Shown here: in pieces, positions 25,480 to 39,419 of the stretch
Layout of the letters: the number at the start of each line of letters is the position of its first letter
Position numbering within the stretch: position 1 is the stretch's first letter
Assembly: GCF_006345805.1 (NCBI RefSeq)
Contig: NC_043003.1
Coordinates: forward strand, 69,626,001 to 69,690,000
Source: Octopus sinensis
Taxonomy: Eukaryota
Direction: 5' to 3'
Length of the DNA stretch: 64,000 nucleotides
Made by a program: the position numbers and the translations under genes
Notes under the pieces: model-generated
The model's input: the letters and a program-made list of their open reading frames with translations, nothing else
What the model was told of the DNA's origin: nothing
Databases searched by the model: none

Positions 25480-27088
25480 CTGGAAAAGTTTAGAAAAGAA
25501 AATAAATTTTTGTCACTCCTTCATATAATTATCTGCCACTAATTACAAACACAATTAGAGAACATATAAAAACAATTCTCCATGAGCCCTCGGGTGCATA
25601 AGGAGTTACCTGGTAACCATGGTGTTTAAGTGACTGAGATCATAACATTTCATTTGAGTGGTGGGTGTTAAAACAACAATGATGATGATGATTTTGGTTG
25701 GTAGTCTACTAATACTCCTCTACCACCTTTTACTAAGACTAAATACTGATTCCAAATTTTGGCACAAGGCCAGCAATTTCGGGGGAGGGGGTAAGTCAAT
25801 TACATAGACCCAGTGTTTCACTCATATTTAATTTATTGATCCCAAAAGGATGAAATGCAAAATCGGCCGTAGTGGAATTTGAACTCAGAACATAAGGATG
25901 GATGAAATGCCACAAAGCATTTTGCCTGGTGTGCTAATGATTCTGTCAGCTGACTGCCTTACTATGACTAAATCTTAAAACAAAGGAAGCTCTTCCCAGA
26001 TGAGACATAAACTGCCTTCTAAGTAAGATCTTTATCTAATATAAGCCAAAATGAACAAAGGGAGATAATTGAGAAAGACTTGAAAGTTAACTTAAGATTG
26101 TAATCATGTAAAGTAAATATAACAAATAATCCAGAATCTTTGTCTGGTACTGGATCAATCCCAAAATCTAATCAGTTTGTGCCAGTTACGAGGCCAAACA
26201 TCCCTGAAAGTTTCATCCGAATCAATCCAGCGGTTTTTAAGATATCTTGTCCACGGACAAACAAACAAACACAACTGAAAACAATATCTCTGCCTTTGCT
26301 AAGATGGAAGTAATAATAATATAGCTTTTTCTTATGGAAGGATTTCAAGACTGCTTTGCAAGGTGATGAAATACTCATAAATTCCACAGCCTTCATAACA
26401 CTTTCTTTGTTTTGCTTTTTTACAAGTAGTAGGAAACTTTAAGGAGAGCTGAACAGCAGAAGGTCTTCAGAAAAGAAGATCCCATCATACAAATGTTTCA
26501 GCCCTTAACTCCTTAGACTGTAAGAGAGCTGGGCCATATCTGGGCTATGATTCCTGGATACCCCTCTGCTTTCACATTCTGTGTTATTCTTCTACATTGC
26601 AATCCTCCCTGATGGTTAAGATGACCCAGAACCAAAGTACCTTACACATAGCCATTCCAGTTGAAGACACTAGTTGACTCTGGAGTAAATTATGCTTTTA
26701 AAATTCACTTTCATTCCTCTTTGACCAAATCTTCTCAGCTGCTTCTGCCATTGGCTCAAGAGCTAAGGTTCTCTTTCTCCCAGAAATTGAGAGCATTATT
26801 TAAATGAAGAGGTGTAGGAGCAATTCTGAGAGGTGTAGGGAATTCTGAGATTGGTACGAGATGGAAGGAAGAAAGAAAATTATACTCATATAGGAGGAGA
26901 ACTGGTTTGAATGCTTGCAACAGACAGACTCTGCTACAAGCATCCATGGGATAGGTGGTGGTGTGGGAATGAACAGTGGATTAAATGACTTATAACATCT
27001 TTCACAGCTTCTTAGAGCAAGAGGGGCCCAAATAAGGGCTTCTGCATAGTAGTTTGTGTGCAAGATATAGTAGCACAAACCCCCTTAA

Positions 27089-27306
27089 CCCTTTTGTTAC
27101 CATATTTCTGTTGAGATGCTCTGTGTTTCTTTCAATTAATTTTAAATATAACAAAGAATTTAGTAAAATAACTTATCATTAAGCTGGTGTTAGGATCATA
27201 AATTGTGACTAAGGTTTAATGGAAGATTTTAATTCAAAACTTATGAAAACAAGACATTTGTACTACAGAGCCAGAGGTGGTTTCAGCTAGGCTGGTATCA
27301 AAAGGA
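27089..27306. mobile_element. piggyBac-type MITE, same family as 21606-21807
   Basis: TTAA|CCCTTTTGTTACC...GGTATCAAAAGGA|TTAA. Confidence 0.75.
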
Positions 27307-29065
27307 TTAAATAACATCCTATCATCTTAGAAATATCTTCCTATGGCTAGACATATTTTCACAGAAAATTGGCAATGAAATCCAACGCTTGTTTGTGAGT
27401 GACATTTGATGCCAAGGAAACAGTAACACACACGACAGGCTTCTTTTGGTTTCCACCTACTGAATCCCCACAAAAGACTTTGGTCAGCCCAGAGCTATAG
27501 GGGTTATAATAGAAGACACTTGTTCAAGAGGACATGCAGTGGGACTGAACCTGAAACCATGTGGTTGGGAAGCAAATTTGTTACCACACAGCCATGCCGG
27601 CACCTATTCAATTGATTATAATTCTTCTATATAAGAAAATTGGTCTGAAATTCTAAGCTAAAGAAATCAATATTCTTTAAATTCCTTCCTTTTGTGAATT
27701 GTACACCAAAGTAGACTAATGACAGAAAAATGATACAATACTTTGATATTTCTTACAAAGAACATTATTCAAATACAAAACTTCAAACCATTTCTTCTTT
27801 CATTTCCATTATGTAGTAGTTTTAAATGGTTAACCTATCTTTACATAGGATGATGACAATAAAAACAATGGCATCGGTAAAGCTGATCAACTCACCATGA
27901 ATACATATGTATTACACTGTGTGTGGCGTATTTCATGTAAATAATCAGGTGATATGATACACCTGTAATGTGTAGGTGGAGAACTGTGGAATAAAATCAA
28001 TAATTGCTTACTAACATACACACTGCACATGCATTTAAATACCTGCATTTTGTGTGCTTATATGCATATGTATTCTTTTATTTTTTTCAGTCATTTGACT
28101 GAGGCCATGCTGGAGCACTGCCTTTAGTTGAATGAATCGAGCCCAGGACTTATTCTTTGTAAGCCTAGCACTTATTCTATCGGCCTCTTTTGTTGAACTG
28201 CTAAGTTACAGGGATGTAAACAGACCAACACTGCTTGTCAAGCGATGGTAGGAGGACAAACACACACACACACATACACACACATGATGGGCTTCTTTCA
28301 GTTTCTGTCTACCAAATCTATTTACTAGGCTTTGGTTGGCCTGAGGCTGTAGTAGAAATTTACCCAAGATATCATACAGTGGGACTGAGCCTGGAACCAT
28401 GTGGTTGGTAAGCAAGCTTCTTATCATATAGTCGTTCCTGCACCTATAAATGTATATATCATCATCATCATTGTTTAATGTCCACTTTCCATGCTAGCAT
28501 GGGTTGGACGGTTTGACTGAGGACTGGTGAGCTGAGCAGCTGAAGAGCTGCTTGGGCCCCACATATGTTTTCGTATGGTTTCTATGGTTGGTTGAATGCC
28601 CTTCCTAACACCAACCACTTTACAGAGTGTGTTGGGTGCCTTTTACACAGCACCAGCATGGGTGCTTTTTTTTACATGGCACTGTTACAGGTGCTTTTTA
28701 TGTGGCACCAGCACCCATGAGCCCACAAGATTAGGAATGCTCAGTTGGAGAAAGGCACAAGGGACCCTGCCCCTATGCAAGGATAACCATGATTTTATTT
28801 AGCTTGACGTGTCTGCTTGAAAACACCAAACTGCCGAGAGTGTCAGTTCCCTGTCCTCTCCTCTGTAAGGCCCAGCATCTGGAGATCCTTTCTCACCACT
28901 TCATCCTATGTTTTCCGATGTTTCTCCCTTCCACATGATCCCGCCACAATTAGGGATCAGCACATCTTGATGCAACTGTCTTTATTCATACACACACACA
29001 TACACATATAAATGCATACCTACATACTCACATACACACACACACACTCACACACACATATACAT

Positions 29066-29096
<31 letters not shown>

Positions 29097-29663
29097 CATA
29101 CTTACATACTTGGATATACACATACATACACAAATACACACCTGTGTATATATGTGTGTATGTGTATTTTTGTGTGTGTTTTTGTGTACATACATGATCA
29201 CATACACATGCAGGGGGTCACACACACATACATACATGCCTACATACTTACATAGAAATACACAAGCACACACATATATATACATACACATATACATGTA
29301 CACACAGAAACACACACATATATGCATACATACATAACTACATACTTACATATACACACACACATGTATATATATATATATGTGTATGTGTATTTGTGTG
29401 TGTGTGTACATAGATGATCACATATACATGCAAAGACACACACACATAAATAAACATACACACAAACACACACATAAACACATACATACCTACATACTTA
29501 CATATGCACATACACACACATATAATGTGTATGTGCATTTGCATGCACACGTGCACTTATGTGTGCACATGTGTACATAGACAATCACATTTACATGCAG
29601 AGAGAATAAATAACAGAAATAGAACGAAATAAACTGAAATAAATCTTCTGAAATCCAACTTAC

Positions 29664-29734
29664 TGGTTGATCAATTTTCGTCTTCGCTGTAATAGCAAAA
29701 GTACAAATATTGCTAGAGCTTGCTGCTGTGATTT
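29664..29734 (-). CDS. DCDC1: DCDC1-like gene, internal exon F
   Basis: Acceptor gttttctttcacAG, donor cca|GTAAGT. 71 nt, phase 1->0: (E)ITAASSSNICTFAITAKTKIDQP. It bridges the phases of exons E and G. Confidence 0.8.
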
Positions 29735-30303
29735 CTGTGAAAGAAAACAAACAAATATAACAAAAGACAAGTTTAGACATTAGTCTAATACTAATGTTAC
29801 AGACTTTTTACTTCACCCGTTGTGTCTGTTCCATTGTATATTATTTTGCAGTGAATTAATCTGATATAGTTACTATGAAAGCAACATTGAAATATGGTAT
29901 CGGCTATAATGTTTCAGAATTCAGGTGTAACCAGTTTTTAAAAGACATAAATATTATAGTTGTGGGTGTGGCTATGTGGTTAAGAAGCTTGCTTTGCAAC
30001 CATGTAGATTCAGGTTCAGTCCTACTGTGTAGTACCTTGGTACTTTGGGCGAGTGTCTTCTACTATAGCCCTGAGCCAACCAATGCCTTATGAGTGAATT
30101 TGATGTATCGAAACTGTATGGTAACCTATCATCATCATCATCATCATTTAATGTCCATCTTCCATGCTGACATGCGTTGGATGGTTTGACAGGAGCTGGA
30201 AGCACAGAGGACGGATCCAATCTCCACTGTCTGTTTTGGTATGGTTTTTATGACTGAATGCCCTTCCCAAGACCAACCACTTTACAGAGTGGACTGGGTG
30301 CTT

Positions 30304-30344
<41 letters not shown>

Positions 30345-31585
30345 ATACAGTATATAGTAAAAATACCTTTTTAAATGAAAAAAAAGAACATAATGATGAG
30401 GTAAAATAACAAACAAACATAGTATATTAGGCTTAGACTCATAAAATTGGATGAAGACTTTAATGTTTCAAGTACATGCTCTTCTACAGAAAGCATGGAT
30501 GAAGAGAGACAAAATCAGAGAGAAAAGAACAAATGTCTTACTTAGATAGTTACCACAAGAGAGAGAGAGAGAAATATGTACCTGTGTTTGTCACACTCCA
30601 TTGCCTGACAACTGATGTTAGTTTGTTTATGTCCCCATAACTTAATGGTTCAACAAAAGAGAATGTTAGAATAAGTACCTGACTTAGAAAAACTTAAGTA
30701 GTCATAGCTAATGAAGTTTGCTATCGTTAAATAAACTGCACATCATGTGTCCTACTAATCTATAATTATTTTATATATCATGAGTACAAGCATGGCTGTG
30801 TGGTTAAGAAGCTTCCTTCCCAATGTTGCTGATCTGGTTTCAATTCCACTGTATAGCACTATTTTCTAACATACCCCGATTCTCTTATGAGTAGAATTTT
30901 ACAAATGAAAACTGACTGGAAGTCTGATGAATGAATGAATGAATGAATGAATGAATGAATGAATGAATGAATGGATGGATGGATGGATGGATGCATGCAT
31001 GCATGCATGCATACATGTATGTATGTATGTATGCATGCATGTATGTAGAACCTATTATCTTCCTTCTGGTACCTTAAGAAAAAGTTAAAAAAAAATGCTT
31101 TCAGTGATGCCGACTGCACCTCATCTTTTTTCATTATTCTCCCCATCCTAATACTGACATCTTGGAGAGGTCATCATCCTTGAACTCATGTCAATAGCTA
31201 TAAAATGGTAAATAAGTAAATAAATAAATGGTAAATACATGCCAAATTGAAAAGAAACCCTCATTCCTCCCTCTCTCTACATATCTATCTGTCTGTCTGT
31301 CTACCTATCTGTTTACCTATCTATCTCCAATGTCCTGGAACCTCACCCCACAAAAACAAAAACAATGTTCTCTTCTAAAGAAATAAAAAAAACCCACCTG
31401 ATTTATATAAATGAACATCTTGTTTGCACATTCACAATTTTACTTGACAAGTTCGAAAACAAATGAAAGCACTAATAATAATGAATAAATAATAAAAAAA
31501 ATTTTTCCAAAATTCTGGCAACCTCCTTTTCCCCCAATATACAATATCTGTACATCACTTCTGACACTCTATACATATATATATA

Positions 31586-32884
31586 TTAGGTTCTTCTGAA
31601 AATAATGGCAGCTCTAAGTATAGTGTTTTGAAACGCAATTTAATCATAGTATTTTAATTATATCTTTGGTGAATTTCGACATACTTAATAATTAATGTAT
31701 GCTCTTTAATAATTTTCTACTTATTTCAGACACAGAACATTCTTGAAGCCTAGGTACTCTTAATTATGAACATGACAAAAAAGGACCTTCGCTTATTTTT
31801 CTTGCATGAGTTCAAGCTTGGGCACAATGCCTCCCAAATTGCTGCCAATATCAACAGAGCATGGGGAGAGGGCTCCATAAGTAGTAATCTCACAGTACGA
31901 AAGTACTATCAGAAATTCTGTAGTGGTGATGAGAGCCTTTAAGATGAAGAAGGTAGAGGACGGTCATGCAGTCTTGAAAATGAACAATTGAAAGCAATTG
32001 TTGAACAAAACCCATGTCAAAGCATCAGAGAAATGTCTCAAGCACTTGGTGTCGGTATTGCAATGGTCTCATGCAATCTGCAGAAGATTGGTAAGGTGAA
32101 AAAGTCAATAAATGGGCACTGCATGAGCTCAATAAAAATCAAAAAGTTTGGCATTTTGAAGTGTGCTCGATGCTCTTTCTGTGAAACATCAATGATCCTT
32201 TTCATGACTGAATAGTCACTTGTGATGAAAACTGGATCCTTTATGATAACCGTAAACAATCAGATCAATGGCTTGATTGTGATGAGTCCCCCAAACATTT
32301 CCCAAAGCCAAAGATTATGGTCACTGTCTGGTGGTCTGCAATTGGTGTTGTCCATTACAGCTTTTTGGAAGCCAATCAGAGCATTACAGCAGAAGATTAC
32401 TGCAATTAACTCACTGAAATATATGCCCACTTGCAAAAAATGAGATCTGCATTGGTGAATCAGCATGGCCCAATTCTGCTCCACAATAATGTAAAGACAC
32501 ATGTTGCATGAATGACACTGCAGAAACTCACAGACTTGGGATATGAAACTTTACACTGCAGACTTGGGATATGAGACTTTACCTCATCCTCCATATAATC
32601 TCCTAATCCTTCACCCACTGACCACCATTTCTTAAAGCATTTAATCATGTTTTTAAGCAATAAAACTTACAGGTCGAAATCAGAGGTGGAATCAGCTTTC
32701 AAAGATTTCTTAGCATCAAAGCCAATAAGTTTTTATGAATGAGGCATAAATAATCTCGTTGATTGATGGCAGAGATACATAGATGTTCATGGCTCATACT
32801 TTGACTAATCAAAACATTTCTATTGTGAATTTTTCCAGAATAAAATTGTTTCCGAAATCAGTCATTATTTTCGGAACAACCTAA
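31586..32884 (+). mobile_element. Full-length (~1.3 kb) mariner transposon with decayed transposase
   Basis: TIRs TTAGGTT(C/G)TTC(T/C)GAAAATAATG flanked by TA. Broken ORF from ~31772 reads MTKKDLRLFFLHEFKLGHNA..., with IVTCDENWILYDN, LLHNN and a degenerate HPPYSPDLxPxD motif; it ends YFD* near 32808. Confidence 0.92.
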
Positions 32885-35000
32885 TATAATAAAGTGTCAA
32901 TCTCTCAAAGTAGATGGAACACGTGGAAGCGGGAAACCCAAAAAGAAATGGGACAAAGTACTGAAAGACAACCTCAGGATGCTGGACCTTTTGGGCGAGA
33001 TGACAAAGGACCAATATGCTTGGCACCTTGCTGTACTCAAGAAGACATGTGCTCCACAACAGAAGTGTTATGGTTGGTCTCCCTGATGAAAAGGATTGGC
33101 CTGTAAGAGCCCTGCAGTGGTGCCACGTAAAAGGCACTGGTGCCAGTGACATGTAATAGTGCTTGTGCAGTGCCAAGTAAAAGCACCCAACACACTCCTC
33201 TGTAAAGTGGTTGGCATGTTAGGAAGGGCATCCTTTTACTTGTTTCAATCATTTGACTGCAGCCATGCTGGAGCACTGCCTTTAGTCGAACAAATGGACA
33301 AATCGACCCCAGAACTTATTCTTTGTAAGCCTAGTACTTAATCTATTGGTCTCTTTTGCCAAATCGCTAACTTATGGGGACGTAAACACACCAGCATCAG
33401 TTGTCAAGCGATGTTGGGGAACAGACACACAAACACACACATATATACATATATACGACAGGCTTCTTTCAGTTTCTATCTACCAAATCCTCTCACAAGG
33501 CTTTGGCCGGCTCGAGGCTATAGTAGAAGACACTAACCACACAGTCACTCCTACACCTATACATATATACATACATATGTATATGTGTTTATATTTTAGC
33601 AATGTGTTACAGATATAAAGGATCTGCAAAGAAATTTATAAACTGCTGTTTGCAAACAAAAATCCCGTGTGATATTTAGTTTCACCCAAGTTGCATATGA
33701 ATCCCTTATCACTCTCATCGTTGTAAACACAATAAACTTGCAACTGGCTCCTCTAATCAATGATATCATTGTTCACAAAAACTGATATCTAATCTCAACC
33801 AAGTAAAAAAACAAAAAAAAAAAAAAAGAAATCACGTTCAAGTTCTCTCCCACGATATTCATTCCTCAATTATTTTAGAGCAAGTATAAATATTCTTATA
33901 CAGAATTAATCTGAAGATACTATTGTAAGGATTGTGCTATTTATATATTGGAAATGATTACCAAGAAGTTAGAATTTTGATTGTTGTTACATTTTGTTTT
34001 TAAAGATAACAGGAAGATTTTTGAATGAGCTCTGGCTGTCACATACGTAGGTGGAATGATGACTCACACATTGTTTAGCAATGTTTATTCAACAGCTTCA
34101 AAGTACACTGTTATATTTGTACAATATACAATAATAGACTATTTCTATGGTTGCTGTATTACGATGGTATTATATTAATATATTTTGAAATATCTATTCA
34201 GCTTTATATCCAAACAACTCAGTTGTATAACTGTACAACAATATTTATATCTACATAACCATATGTTGAAACATATGTGAGTATATTTTTACAACTAATA
34301 AATCATTCTCAATCATATTTGATAATTAGAAAATCATTATTTGTAAATCTTGTGAGATTTACAAATAGTAATTTTCTAATTTATAGATCACTGACTAGTT
34401 GTCACTTTAAAAACTATATATTTTGAACGAGAATTTGGCAGCACCACCTCTAACCGAACAATCATTCCATGCTGATGAAAGGAAATAACCTGGAAATTGC
34501 AATACACAGATATTGTTTTGAGCTGAGTGGGGGTGCTAGATTCCCTTGTTCAAAGATATAAGGACACAGATCGTGTCGTATAACCAGCTGGAGACACTGT
34601 CTCCTGGGATGAAATTACAGCAACATTTGTCCTAAAGCAGGACTGCCATGTTATGTTAGCAAATAATTTTTACTCCATATTTGATAATATTCTCTACTTA
34701 ACAGATATTTATCCAAATAGTACCATAATTATTGTTTTAACTTCTCCTTTTCCATGCTTGCATGGGTTGGATTTTCTACCACCAGAAGCCCTTCCTGTCC
34801 CCAAGCCTCACCTGTTTCCATGCAAGGTAATATTTCTGCATGACTAGGTATACCCCAGAAGATTGGAACTGAAGGACATGGCTTGTATGACAGTGACACT
34901 TGCTTACTGCAATCACGTAAAACAAGGAGACAGTAACAAACATACATTGTATATGTATGTAGGTATGAATGTATGTATGTGTGTGTGTGCATGCGCGCGT

Positions 35001-35043
<43 letters not shown>

Positions 35044-36335
35044 GGTAGGTCCCCAAGTTTTGACATCAAATGCTATTTGTAAACAAGCATCACCATCAAA
35101 CAAGCAGTGTCATTTGTTTGCAATACTCTGCTAAAACATATCTGGTCATGGGGAGTATTACCTTGCTTGGAAAATTGGAGGGGTTTGGCAACAAGAAGGG
35201 CATCAGATCATAGAAAATCTGCCTCAACAAATTCTATCCAACCCATGCAAGCATGGAAAAGAGGAAATTAAATGATGATGGTCAATAAGAGCTTCTATAC
35301 AGTTATGAACCGTTTAGATGATGGAAGAATGTTTTAAATTGTTGGAAATAAGTATATCTATGTTTTTATTCAGTTATATAAATTAAGCAGGTGTCAATTT
35401 GTGAAAGGGCCATTAAACCAGTCCTTCCATCTGAGGATTCATGGTAATAAATCTTGGGCAAGTGCTAACGATCTCTGCAGTCTCCCATAATAGGGTTACA
35501 ATAAACTACAGTAGAATGGAAGTCGTTGTCATCATCATCATCATCATCGTCATCATCATCATCATCTTTATCATTGTCATCATCATCATCATCGTCATCA
35601 TCATCATTGTATCTCATGATCTGAAGACACTGAGTACATCACCAAACTCCAGCCAATTCCTCTTCTGCCAGGCAGTCCAGTAGAATATCACTGAACTGGT
35701 TTTAATCCCAACAGATTTGCCTCAACAGCTTTCAGTGTAAGTGCAGGCATAGCTGTGTGGTAAGAAATTTGCTTCTCAATTACATGGTTCTGGGTCCAGT
35801 CCTATTGCATGACTACTATAACCATGGGCTGACCAAAGCCTTGTGATTGGATTTGGTAGATGGAAACTGAAGGAAGCCCATTCTGTATGTGTGCATGTGC
35901 ATCTATGTGCATGTGCATCTATATGCATGCATGTTTGGGGGTGCACGTGTATACATGTGCACATAGATGAGTAGATGTGTGCACATGTGTGTGTGTATGT
36001 GTGTGTGTCTTTGTGTCTGTTTGTCCCCACTGCTGCTTGACAATTGGTGCTGGTGTGTTTAGATCTCCACGACTTAGCACTTCAATAAAAGAGACCAATA
36101 AAATAAATACCAGGCTTAAAAAAATAAAAAATACTAGGGTTGATTCATTCAAGTAAAAATTCTTCAAAGGCTGCCCCAGCATGGCCACAGTCTAATGACT
36201 GAAACAAGTAAAAGCTAAAAGTAAAAAAAGATTAAAACAGTAAGGGTCGGAAGAGCCACCGCCTGATATTCTGCTCCCTAAGTTTCCCCATTGAGCTTGT
36301 CTTAATGATGATAATGGTTTAAATATTGCACCAAC

Positions 36336-36541
36336 CTTTGTTCAATATTTCTGCTTCAAAAGCTTTAATATAACCAGTGTCAGCATCATAGTACCATCTT
36401 TGGTGAGCCTCTCCATACTTGTGTTCTTTCTTGGCTTTCAAAATGACAGAACAGCCTATGTAGGATATTTGGCTCTCTGTACTAGAAAGTGGCATTGAGA
36501 CGGTCAAAACCAAATTGTGACCACACCGCGAACGGATTTCC
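36336..36541 (-). CDS. DCDC1: DCDC1-like gene, internal exon E (ricin-B-like repeat)
   Basis: Acceptor ttttttctctgatAG, donor g|GTTGGT. 206 nt, phase 2->1: EIRSRCGHNLVLTVSMPLSSTESQISYIGCSVILKAKKEHKYGEAHQRWYYDADTGYIKAFEAEILNK (QRW motif). Confidence 0.85.
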
Positions 36542-36621
36542 CTATCAGAGAAAAAAGCAAAACAACATAAAAATACATTATTTACATTTGACGGATATTT
36601 GTCCTCATCTTGTTTGTTGTT

Positions 36622-36667
36622 AACACAACGTTTCAGCTAATATACTCCCCAACCTTCATCAGGTGTC
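36622..36667 (-). ncRNA. Minimal type I hammerhead motif inside a second copy (36576-36716) of the 52-kb element
   Basis: Minus strand reads GACAC-CTGATGA-AGGTTGG-GGAGTATA-TTAGCT-GAAAC-GTT|GTGTT. Palindromic AACGTT stem III; stem II is rich in G.U pairs. Confidence 0.7.
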
Positions 36668-37717
36668 TTGGGGAAATTTTGAACCTAGGTTCTCATTCCT
36701 AAGGTATTTTTCGATGTTGTTGTTGTTATTATTATTATCATTAGTTTTTTATTGATTATATCCATCCATCCATCCATCTGTTAATCTATTTGTACATACA
36801 ACCATCCATCCATCTATCCATCCATCCATCTGTTCATCCATTTGTACATACAACCGTCCATCCATCTATCCATCCATCCATACTTTCATCCAACCTTCCA
36901 TCCATCTGTACATCCAACTGTCCATCCTTTCATCCAACCCTCCATCCATCCGTCCATCCATCAATCCATGCATCCATCCATTCATCCTACCATCCATCCA
37001 TTCATTAATCTGTTCATCCTACTGTCCATTCGTCCATCTGTTCATCCCTCCATCCATCCATCCATCCATCCACCCATCCATTATTCTCCAGAGGGTTGTG
37101 GGCATAGAGTTCTCCAGCACCACTTCCAAAGGATCCTATCAAAAGCAACCCTCATCACACTTTCTGCCAGAATTCCTAAGCATGACCGACTGAGACTATG
37201 GATGTAATCCAACCATCTCATTCTTGCTCTACCCTTACGTCTCCTTCCAGCTGACTCAGTCTGAAAACTATGTCTTATGATTCTTTTTTTGTGATATCCT
37301 AATCAAATGTCTGTATTACTTGAACTATGACCTCTCAATGCAGAGAAGTAGCATCTGAACCTGGAGAGACAACCCTAACCCTTCTAGCAGGGATGGATTA
37401 AGACCCATAGAGACCTTAAGGACTTAAGGTATATGGGGTGCCCCCATATATATGTAATTCAAAATATAAACAATAATAATTCACAAACTAAATTTTAATT
37501 TTTCAAAACAAAACAAAATTAATGTTAAGATGGAAAATAATGTTTATTTTTGTATTCTTCTACTTTATATTTGAAAAGTTTTCCCCTACTCTTTTTTTTT
37601 TCAATTGCAGAGACTTTGATCAGATCTTATATTTCCAATCATATATATTTCCAATCAACTTATGTTTCCAATCATATAAACTTCTTTTAATAATATTTTA
37701 GCAAGTTTAAAGTGATT

Positions 37718-38198
37718 TAAAGAGAATACCCTCCATCAGGCATTTGCCATATTCTGAATGCCTTACTTCCCTGGGCATGGACACATTGAAACTCCGATAT
37801 CTGGCAGCTGACTTGGCAGACACCCATAAAATTATTAACCATCTTACAAGCAATAACTCTGAGCACCTTTTCAAACTCCACCTGTCTAACACCCGTGGAC
37901 ATGTTTACAAAGTCAGAAAACAGCACAGCTCCCATGACTTTCGGAAACATTTTTTCACACTAAGAGTTGCTGAAACATGGAACAGACTACCGGCATCAGT
38001 TGTTAGTTGTCGGAGCACTGCATCCTTCAAAACTTCCATGCTTCCTGAGATTTGCCAACACTACACCTGATTTTCCCCCCTCCATACACATGCAAGCATG
38101 TATCTGACTCATACATTGTTCGCTTTCCAGAAATTTGTACATTACTGCACATACTTTATACGCACTTTTGACAAGTTGTGGTGCACCTGAGCACTGTA
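37718..38198 (+). mobile_element. CR1/L2-group LINE 3' fragment
   Basis: Encodes RIPSIRHLPYSECLTSLGMDTLKLRYLAADL...NTRGHVYKVRK...RKHFFTLRVAETWNRLP, a typical CR1 ORF2 C-terminus, followed by 3' UTR. Confidence 0.85.
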
Positions 38199-39337
38199 TA
38201 GGTTGGACGGACCCCAGTTGAACCGTCCAACCCATGCTAGCATGGAAAACGGACGCTAAATGATGATGATGATGATATTTTATTATATCTTTCATGCCGT
38301 AAACCATTTACCATTTCTGTGGTGCTCACCTTCTCTTGATACTCTAAGCATGTGCTTATTTTGGCTTAATGATTAATCTAGCGCTGTCTCCAAGCTACAA
38401 ACCCTGTTGAGTAACATTATTCCTCAGACTCTTCAGAAGAAACCCATTTCATCCAGTTGTATTTGTGATTGTTGTTTTACAGTCATTACCCAACATTCAC
38501 CAGCACAGGTGAAGATACGTGGCACTCCACCAGTTACGATGACGAGGGTTCCAGTTGATCTGATCAACGGAACAGCCTGCTCGAGAAATTAACGTGCAAG
38601 TGGCTGAGCACTCCACAAACAAGTGTACTCTTAACGTAGCCCTCGGGGGAGATTTAGCATGACACAGAGTGTGACAAGGCTGTCCCCTTTGAAATACAGG
38701 TACAACAGAAACAGGAGTGAGAGAAAGTTGTGGTAAAAGAGTACAGCAGGGTTCGCCACCACCCCCTGCCCGAGCTTCATGGAGATTTATGTGCTTTCAC
38801 TCTAGAAACACTCACAATACCCAGTCTGGGAATTGAAACTGTGATCCTACAACCACAAGTCTGCTGCCCTAATCACTGGGCCATTGCGCTTCCACAGTGA
38901 AGATATATATTAAACTGAACCCTACAATTTAGTTGACAAATTTAACCTTGCAGGTAATAGTTAATACGACTATTCCTGGACACATAACCAAGAAATCATC
39001 TGAAATGAGGAATATTAATTTCTTAAATAATTAGAAATGTTTAGATTTTTAAAAATGACGGAAAAAAAGAGCAAGGATACTGTATGACAGTAATGGGATT
39101 CTTGTGTGTTTTTAATCATGAAAATGAGGTGAAATGAGGTGAAACAGGTTTGAATAGCAACTGACTGTGATCAAAGTTCAGTTTATTATTATAAGTACAT
39201 TCACTGCAATTCTAAATCATTTGTCCTGGTACCCCACCCACAATTCCTGTAACTATTACTTTGTTTGAAAAAGAAATGGAGGGATGTGGAGGAAGAGGAA
39301 GAGAGTGGTTAAGTAACCTTAAGACAGAAATATATAT

Positions 39338-39419
<82 letters not shown>

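Noticed and set aside
26330-27080. Additional host exons or an RT fragment in a non-repetitive-looking block (similarly 39430-40140, 34430-34640)
   Set aside because: No open frame with compatible splice phases; probably ancient TE debris that I cannot classify by eye.
28990-29580. His/Thr/Tyr- or Cys/Val-rich ORFs (also 36790-37207, 55394-55670 and poly-Ile/Leu/Asp ORFs)
   Set aside because: Translations of (CA)/(TA), (CCAT), (AAT) and (GAT) microsatellites.
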